From a virus (Duplodnaviria; Caudoviricetes): DNA of 27,058 bases. This document shows positions 22,323 to 27,058 of the stretch, piece by piece. Below the pieces are notes generated by a model. It was not told the DNA's origin. It made no database searches and saw only the letters and a program-made list of their open reading frames with translations. The stretch is taken from positions 1-27,058 of IMG/VR virus record IMGVR_UViG_3300017754_000810; one strand, written 5' to 3'. Numbering within the stretch: the first letter of the stretch is position 1; each line of letters begins with the position of its first letter. A program made the position numbers and the translations under genes.

Positions 22323-22724
22323 TTAAGTTGGTTTGCGTACAGAGATGTCGAACTCAGATGTTGAATTCAGACCGGGCGGTACGACCCCGGGGTTTTCTTC
22401 CAAAAACTGCGCCATGTTGAGTTGGGCAATTCGTTTTTCTAACAAGTCCACGGCCTCGTGCTCGATCATAAATTTCTTGAACGAGTCCCAGTCTTGTGTG
22501 TAGTAGCGAGTCTTCACGGACATGACTGCCGTGCCCTCGGTAGTGCGTACAGATGTGACCCCCATGGCCTTCATCTGCTCTTTGATCGCATTCTTGATCT
22601 CGTCCTGTTGTGCCTTGAGTACTTCAGCTTGTGTGTCGTACGCTTGGGTCAGTTCGGTCATGCGTGTGCGTAGCTTGCGGTAAATTTTTACCAGCTTGTC
22701 TAGCGGTACTGCTTCTTCTTCCAT
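22323..22724 (-). CDS. Conserved phage protein, Gam-like coiled-coil family, 133 aa
   Basis: N-terminal coiled coil, then SVRTTEGT, DWDSFKKF...DLLEKRI and PPGL motifs. Strong AGGAG RBS. The function is tentative. Confidence 0.6.
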   Translation of the reverse strand: MEEEAVPLDKLVKIYRKLRTRMTELTQAYDTQAEVLKAQQDEIKNAIKEQMKAMGVTSVRTTEGTAVMSVKTRYYTQDWDSFKKFMIEHEAVDLLEKRIAQLNMAQFLEENPGVVPPGLNSTSEFDISVRKPT

Positions 22725-22748
22725 TGCTTCTCCTGTTATTTGTTTGTT

Positions 22749-22791
22749 TGTCTAAGGTTGGACAGTTTACATGTAATTTCTAGCGTTGCAA
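22749..22791 (-). promoter_or_regulatory. Candidate sigma70 promoter with an overlapping operator-like palindrome
   Basis: On the - strand: TTGCAA (22791-22786), 16 bp, TAAACT (22769-22764). The inverted repeat TGTCTAA-GG-TTGGACA (22749-22764, one mismatch) spans the predicted start site. It sits in one of the few sizeable intergenic gaps. Confidence 0.55.
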
Positions 22792-22798
22792 CCCCCTT

Positions 22799-24358
22799 TC
22801 AAGATTTAATTTCAGTTTCGAACATATCGGTAAGAAGTGTGTTGTCACTAACTTTACCTTCCAGTACATGGAACATGCGCTTCTCAATCGGGCTACCCTG
22901 AATGTGAATCACTGTTACCTTGTCTGAGTCTTGCCCCTTGCGGTCAGCACGGGCACAGCACTGGATGTACTGCTCCACGCTCATGAGTGGCCCATAGAAC
23001 ACCACAGTGTCAGCGGCAGTCAGCGTGATGCCGTGGGCAGAAGCCGCAGGCTGCATAACCAATACCCTAGGGTCTGGCTCTGTCTGAAAGCGGTGGATGA
23101 TTTGACCGCGTTTGCTTGGCGTTACATCTCCATGGATGCACTCATTGACAATACCCTTCTTGGTGAGGTAGTTGCTGATGGTGTCGATGGTGCTTCGGAA
23201 CAAAGCAAAGATGATGACCTTGCGATCAGTCTCCTCCAGTATCTCCTCCAGTACCGCAAGCCTAGGCGCTGAATCAAACTCAACAACTTCCTTGTCGTCT
23301 GTGTAGGCCGCGCCACAACTGATCTGCAATAGTTTGGATACACCAGCGGCGGCATTGACTGCCGTGATGGTCTCGCCTGCGGCCTGCACAAGCATACGTT
23401 CTTTCAAGAGATCGTAATATTTCTTTTGCTGTGGGGTCAGGGCAACCTCTCGCGTCATGGTAATGACAGGCGGTAAGTCTAGGCACTGTGCTTTGGTGTA
23501 GCGTATGGCGGGTTGCAAGGCTTCGTGTACTCTCTCCTTGGCATCCGCTTTAGCCGCCCACTTAAACATGGTGACTTTGTTCATAACCTGATCGCGCCAT
23601 GCTGTGAAGAACTTAGGCACACCATCAGGGTTGACTAGCTTAGCCAGCCCATACGCATCCACAGGCGATTGCGATGCCGGCGTTCCTGTCATCATCCACA
23701 GGTACGTGTTGGGGTTCAAGATCGATGCCAGAGATTTCCACCGCTTGGTTGTGATAGTCTTGTATGCGTTAGCTTCATCAACAATCACAAGGTCAAAACG
23801 TCCATCGTTGACCACCTCTTCGGCCACCAAGTTCAGCCCTTCGTAGTTGGTAATTACAATTTCGTAATCTCGCTGAATCATCTCGATGCGCCGACTAGCT
23901 TGAGGGTGGTGCGCTATGACGGCAGAGCGATGAATGATGCTGTTGTTAATGTCACCCATCCATGCGCTGTGCATGATCGACAGGGGGCACAGGATAAGCA
24001 CCCTACGCACCTTGCCTAGCTTCATCAGGTAGTCAGCCGCCCACAGTGCTGACAAAGTTTTGCCAGTGCCGGGTTCCGAGAACACGAAGGCTCTACGGCA
24101 CAGCGTAAGGAACGCTGCCGTCTCGATCTGGTGAGCCATGGGTGTGTAACGCCCCGGCCAGTTGTAGCGCCTAGTGATAGGCGACGGTACATTTTTAACA
24201 CCTAGGTTACGCAAAACCCGCGCTTCATCAAGCCCCCAATACACCGCCACGTCGTAGCCACCATCCATGCGCTCGACGATCTTGTGTTTGGGTATGACTT
24301 TGTATTTGTGCGGGTTCCTTGTGCGTAAGATAAGTGCTCTGTCTTCTACGATTTCCAT
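22799..24358 (-). CDS. SNF2/HepA-family superfamily 2 helicase, 519 aa
   Basis: Motif I EPGTGKT, Ia ILCPLS, II VDEAN, III MTGTP, V HGITLTAAD, VI QCCARADRKGQ. Confidence 0.92.
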   Translation of the reverse strand: MEIVEDRALILRTRNPHKYKVIPKHKIVERMDGGYDVAVYWGLDEARVLRNLGVKNVPSPITRRYNWPGRYTPMAHQIETAAFLTLCRRAFVFSEPGTGKTLSALWAADYLMKLGKVRRVLILCPLSIMHSAWMGDINNSIIHRSAVIAHHPQASRRIEMIQRDYEIVITNYEGLNLVAEEVVNDGRFDLVIVDEANAYKTITTKRWKSLASILNPNTYLWMMTGTPASQSPVDAYGLAKLVNPDGVPKFFTAWRDQVMNKVTMFKWAAKADAKERVHEALQPAIRYTKAQCLDLPPVITMTREVALTPQQKKYYDLLKERMLVQAAGETITAVNAAAGVSKLLQISCGAAYTDDKEVVEFDSAPRLAVLEEILEETDRKVIIFALFRSTIDTISNYLTKKGIVNECIHGDVTPSKRGQIIHRFQTEPDPRVLVMQPAASAHGITLTAADTVVFYGPLMSVEQYIQCCARADRKGQDSDKVTVIHIQGSPIEKRMFHVLEGKVSDNTLLTDMFETEIKS

Positions 24359-24373
24359 TGCTTCTCCAAGCTA

Positions 24374-24613
24374 TTATTTTCCGTTGTCGCTCTGGTTGGC
24401 GCTCTTACTACGGAGGCGGGTGTTACCCGCTGTTGACTTACCTCCCGCACGAAGCGGTTTAATGTGGTCGATGTCCTTGCCTGTACGCTCAACACCTTTC
24501 TTGTCATAGGCTCTACGAGCTTTCTGACGTTCGACTTGATCGGCTGTCTCGCCTGTTTTCTTTTGCAGTTTGTAGGCGTGTTTGTAGTCACGCTTGCCGT
24601 TGGTCTGTGTCAT
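24374..24613 (-). CDS. Small basic HNH-type endonuclease-like protein, 79 aa
   Basis: GKDIDHIKPLRAGG....N.RL.S.SAN is an H-N-N beta-beta-alpha motif; basic N-terminal helix. Confidence 0.75.
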   Translation of the reverse strand: MTQTNGKRDYKHAYKLQKKTGETADQVERQKARRAYDKKGVERTGKDIDHIKPLRAGGKSTAGNTRLRSKSANQSDNGK

Positions 24614-24614
24614 G

Positions 24615-24863
24615 TTAAACCTCTCTTAACTGTGCGTTAAAGTAAAAATTGGTAGTGCCGCGAATCTGTTGTGCACGAAACCCAGATTCAACCATTGCTA
24701 CAATCATGGCCTCATTGCTAATGTATGAACCAACTTGTCGCTCTGCTAAATGCTTGAGGCCATAGCTTGAGATGCGTCTGTTGATTGACTTACGTGGGCG
24801 AACAAAACCCTCGTTGATCCAGAACTTAGCGTTCTTAACTTCTACTGGTGGTGCTTCTATCAT
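24615..24863 (-). CDS. Hypothetical protein, 82 aa (SSYGLKH..E...YISN..MI.AM...GF family)
   Basis: Tightly packed between its neighbours with an AAGGAG RBS. The SYGLKH motif recurs in phage proteins of unknown function. Confidence 0.75.
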   Translation of the reverse strand: MIEAPPVEVKNAKFWINEGFVRPRKSINRRISSYGLKHLAERQVGSYISNEAMIVAMVESGFRAQQIRGTTNFYFNAQLREV

Positions 24864-24865
24864 GA

Positions 24866-25336
24866 TTACTCCTTTATGCCGTGAAATTTTTCAATTGCTC
24901 TTGTGTAGTTGAATAGGTGTAAGCCTATTGACATCAAGTCCGTCCTTGTAAAACCTGCCTCGTAAGCAAGCTTGGTCATTTCCAGTTCTGATATTACACC
25001 GCCTTCCCTAAGTACTTGCTTTCGTGCTTTGCGATACTCGTTGCGACAGTGACTACACAAAACCGGGCAACTATCGTCCGTCAACGAGAACTCTATCCAC
25101 TCTTGCTTGAGGTCGTAGTCAAGATAGTGCGTTCCGTCTGCGTCCCTATCAAGCGCAAGCGCGCCAACTTGCTTTTCAAACGCATTCATCAGTGTGTCTA
25201 ACGTCCTGACTCGATACAGCTTGACGTTCGTAGCCGCACACGCTTCGCACTCGCCATCATCCAGAGGGTTTTCGGCATCGTGTTCTTCAAGCGCTTTGCG
25301 AGCCACCCGATACATGATGCTGTCTCGTCTTCCCAT
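24866..25336 (-). CDS. Hypothetical protein with two CxxC pairs (degenerate HNH/Zn finger), 156 aa
   Basis: CEAC and LCSHC; strong AGGAGG RBS overlapping the upstream TAG. Confidence 0.72.
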   Translation of the reverse strand: MGRRDSIMYRVARKALEEHDAENPLDDGECEACAATNVKLYRVRTLDTLMNAFEKQVGALALDRDADGTHYLDYDLKQEWIEFSLTDDSCPVLCSHCRNEYRKARKQVLREGGVISELEMTKLAYEAGFTRTDLMSIGLHLFNYTRAIEKFHGIKE

Positions 25337-25344
25337 ACATCCTC

Positions 25345-26010
25345 CTAATGTTTAGGGTTAAATTCGCATCCGGTGACCTGACACCATCCGCAAAGTGGGG
25401 TTTGATTTGGGTTCCATACATCGTTCTCAAAGCATGCTTCAAGACGCGCAGTACGCTCACGATACTTCCACCAGAACTGCTCGGCTTGATCTCGTGTCAT
25501 CTGCATCTTGACCATATCATTTTTGACAATGAACAGCAACGCTGAGTTGACCTTGCGGATGTGGGGAAAGTGAGCAAAAACCATAAGCGACATGAGCACA
25601 AGCTGATCCCGATCAGGGTACTTGTTGTTGCCTGTCTTCCAATCCCCCACCCATGCGGTCAGGTTGTCATCGTTAACGATCAGGATGTCGGCAATGCCTC
25701 GAACCCAAACGTCAGGAGACTTCCAGTTGGTAGGCTTCAGGTCAACAGTCAGCGCCATCTCGTACTCAGCAAGGGCTCTTCCGGGCTTGCCTAGCATGGC
25801 GTCCACTACAGGCTGGAACTGCGCATACTCAGGCGGTATCGGTGTCTTGTCCCTGATGTAGTCTTCGATGGCCTGATGCACCTGATTGCCGTAACGCGTG
25901 GCCTCAGTCTCTTGGAAGGGGTACTTCTTTAAGACCTTGACCTCGTGATACCTGCGCTGACAGCCTTCAAAATCTTTTAGGCTGCTGTGTGACCATGCTG
26001 GTTTTTTCAT
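25345..26010 (-). CDS. PD-(D/E)XK Cas4/RecB-like exonuclease, 221 aa
   Basis: WSHSSLKDFEGCQRRY, GNQVH, GIADIL, DWKTG, DQL and terminal LCGWCQVTGC; four Cys in the 1+3 Fe-S staple arrangement. Confidence 0.88.
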   Translation of the reverse strand: MKKPAWSHSSLKDFEGCQRRYHEVKVLKKYPFQETEATRYGNQVHQAIEDYIRDKTPIPPEYAQFQPVVDAMLGKPGRALAEYEMALTVDLKPTNWKSPDVWVRGIADILIVNDDNLTAWVGDWKTGNNKYPDRDQLVLMSLMVFAHFPHIRKVNSALLFIVKNDMVKMQMTRDQAEQFWWKYRERTARLEACFENDVWNPNQTPLCGWCQVTGCEFNPKH

Positions 26011-26312
26011 TCAAACTTCGCTGTTCTAATGGCTACTGTTAATCGGTTGGCAAACTGGGTAACAAACGCCTCGTTGTTGTTGAGGTCATGTTGTCCCATG
26101 TCCTCTAATATGGCATGTACCACCTCGTGCCAAAATGTGTCGGCCAGTTCATCTTTGGTGAACTTACGTCCCGTGATGTTGCTTGCTTTGCCAAGACGGA
26201 TGCATTGCTCTGGGTAGAACGTACGCCCCATGTCCTTGCGGTGAAGCATGGCTTCCACCACCTCCACGCTGTACCACTTCTTGCCGACTCTCATTCTTGT
26301 TGGTAATCTCAT
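26007..26312 (-). CDS. Small HExxH metallopeptidase-like phage protein, 101 aa
   Basis: TFWHEVVHAIL with downstream NEAFV; AAGGAG RBS; ATGA overlap with the nuclease gene. Confidence 0.78.
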   Translation of the reverse strand: MRLPTRMRVGKKWYSVEVVEAMLHRKDMGRTFYPEQCIRLGKASNITGRKFTKDELADTFWHEVVHAILEDMGQHDLNNNEAFVTQFANRLTVAIRTAKFE

Positions 26313-26320
26313 TCTTCTCC

Positions 26321-27058
26321 TTAGTTTTTTGCTAACCCATAACGACGGTGAGCACCACCGTCAGCGTCCAATGGAATGCCCTGCATATAGCTTGGCTCCA
26401 TAGTCATTTGAGCCAAGACCCAAGTCTTAGCTTCAGACACCTCTGCATCAGGAACCACAACGATCTGCTCGTCATGTACTGTTCCCGCCACAAAGTATCT
26501 CTTTGCAGTACGCACCATCCCATCAGTCATCACGCATCTCGCTACGCCCTGCGTGACATTGTTGGTTATTTTTCCTGCATATATTTTAGTACGATCTGGC
26601 CCGTATGTCCACTCTATTTTTTCACGGTCACTGCCATCTTCTTTGTACCGCCTGATGTTGAGGTCAGGGTACAGCAGTTTCATGCCTGATGGAAGCTCGA
26701 TCTCCCCCTTGCGGTAGGTCAGGCACTTGTGCTTGTACGTCTTGCCTTTGTACAGACACTCACCGATAAGCTGGGTATTTAAATCCCAGAAGTCAACCAC
26801 AGGCGTAGCCGTTGCCCTGTACTTGTCGATGATGGCCTTGGCCGCTAGGCAGTGGATGACTAGCTCCTTGGTTGTGCAGGTGTGCGGTATCTCTTGGAGC
26901 TTCTCAACGTTCACGTCCCAGTCGAGGAACTTCTGCGCCATGGCTTGGGTAACACCAAGTTTCTTTGCAAAGCCCAAATCGTACCGTTGCGGTGGCGCCC
27001 CCAGAAATCCCGTGAGAAGTTGTGACGCGAACGCTGCCCACCCCAACCCATAACCGCA
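26321..27058 (-). CDS. Family A DNA polymerase, C-terminal part (5' end outside window)
   Basis: The frame is open to the window edge (CGYGLGW, end of motif B); LPSG..L.YP, KIYAGKITNNVTQGVAR, motif C TVHDE and terminal IPLDADGG..RRYG. Confidence 0.92.
   Translation of the reverse strand, partial: CGYGLGWAAFASQLLTGFLGAPPQRYDLGFAKKLGVTQAMAQKFLDWDVNVEKLQEIPHTCTTKELVIHCLAAKAIIDKYRATATPVVDFWDLNTQLIGECLYKGKTYKHKCLTYRKGEIELPSGMKLLYPDLNIRRYKEDGSDREKIEWTYGPDRTKIYAGKITNNVTQGVARCVMTDGMVRTAKRYFVAGTVHDEQIVVVPDAEVSEAKTWVLAQMTMEPSYMQGIPLDADGGAHRRYGLAKN

Larger units (their letters stand above)
1..27058. mobile_element. Segment of a tailed dsDNA bacteriophage genome (podovirus-like), with convergent virion and replication arms
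   Basis: Densely packed genes with only phage-type functions (lysozyme, tail and ejection proteins, polyvalent protein, PolA, SNF2, primase-helicase). No host housekeeping genes, integrase or att site seen, so free phage versus prophage cannot be decided. Confidence 0.93.

Noticed and set aside
2668-22796. Shared GCAACCCCC near both candidate promoters (2671-2679 and 22788-22796)
   Set aside because: Only 9 bp, and in different orientation and position relative to the two promoters; compatible with chance.
25345-26010. CRISPR-Cas locus suggested by the Cas4-like nuclease
   Set aside because: No repeat-spacer array or other cas gene was seen; solo Cas4/RecB-like nucleases are common in phage replication modules.
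18721-27053. Plus-strand and alternate-frame ORFs within the replication arm (e.g. 24346..24591, 21436..21765)
   Set aside because: They overlap better-supported minus-strand genes and have no independent evidence.
1-27058. Genome-wide TAG reassignment (alternative genetic code)
   Set aside because: The TAG stops at 318-320 and 25345-25347 end proteins at their expected C-termini and overlap the RBS of the next gene. The very long ORFs are intact under the standard code. Only one gene is interrupted.
27040-27058. Lifestyle inference from the PolA residue equivalent to E. coli Pol I position 762
   Set aside because: The window ends at CGYG; the diagnostic residue lies about two codons outside it.

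Overview
The whole window looks like part of a tailed dsDNA bacteriophage genome, probably podovirus-like, organised as two convergent arms. The + arm (1-17787) encodes lysis and virion/ejection functions: a 5'-truncated GH24 lysozyme, a 686-aa tail/stabilisation protein, a small virion protein, three probable ejection proteins (1101 aa with S-layer-like repeats, 340 aa Gln-rich, 745 aa with a lytic transglycosylase domain) and a 2835-aa polyvalent protein. The - arm (27058 to 17735) encodes replication and recombination: a truncated family A DNA polymerase, an HExxH protein, a Cas4/RecB-like nuclease, two hypothetical genes, a small HNH, an SNF2 helicase, a Gam-like protein, a putative ssDNA-binding protein, an HTH regulator, a ~60-aa protein ending in QLELF, a primase-helicase and a 71-aa protein. 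I saw no tRNA, rRNA, CRISPR array or integrase. The most notable points are: an in-frame TAG cutting the acidic tail off the putative SSB; a 49-nt structured element with a loop-E/sarcin-ricin-type motif just upstream of the SD-less HTH gene; the modular cargo of the giant protein; S-layer-like repeats and a shared A-x-G-G motif in the ejection proteins; and a possible sliding-clamp-binding mini-protein. Family assignments come from recognising motifs by eye; no searches were run.
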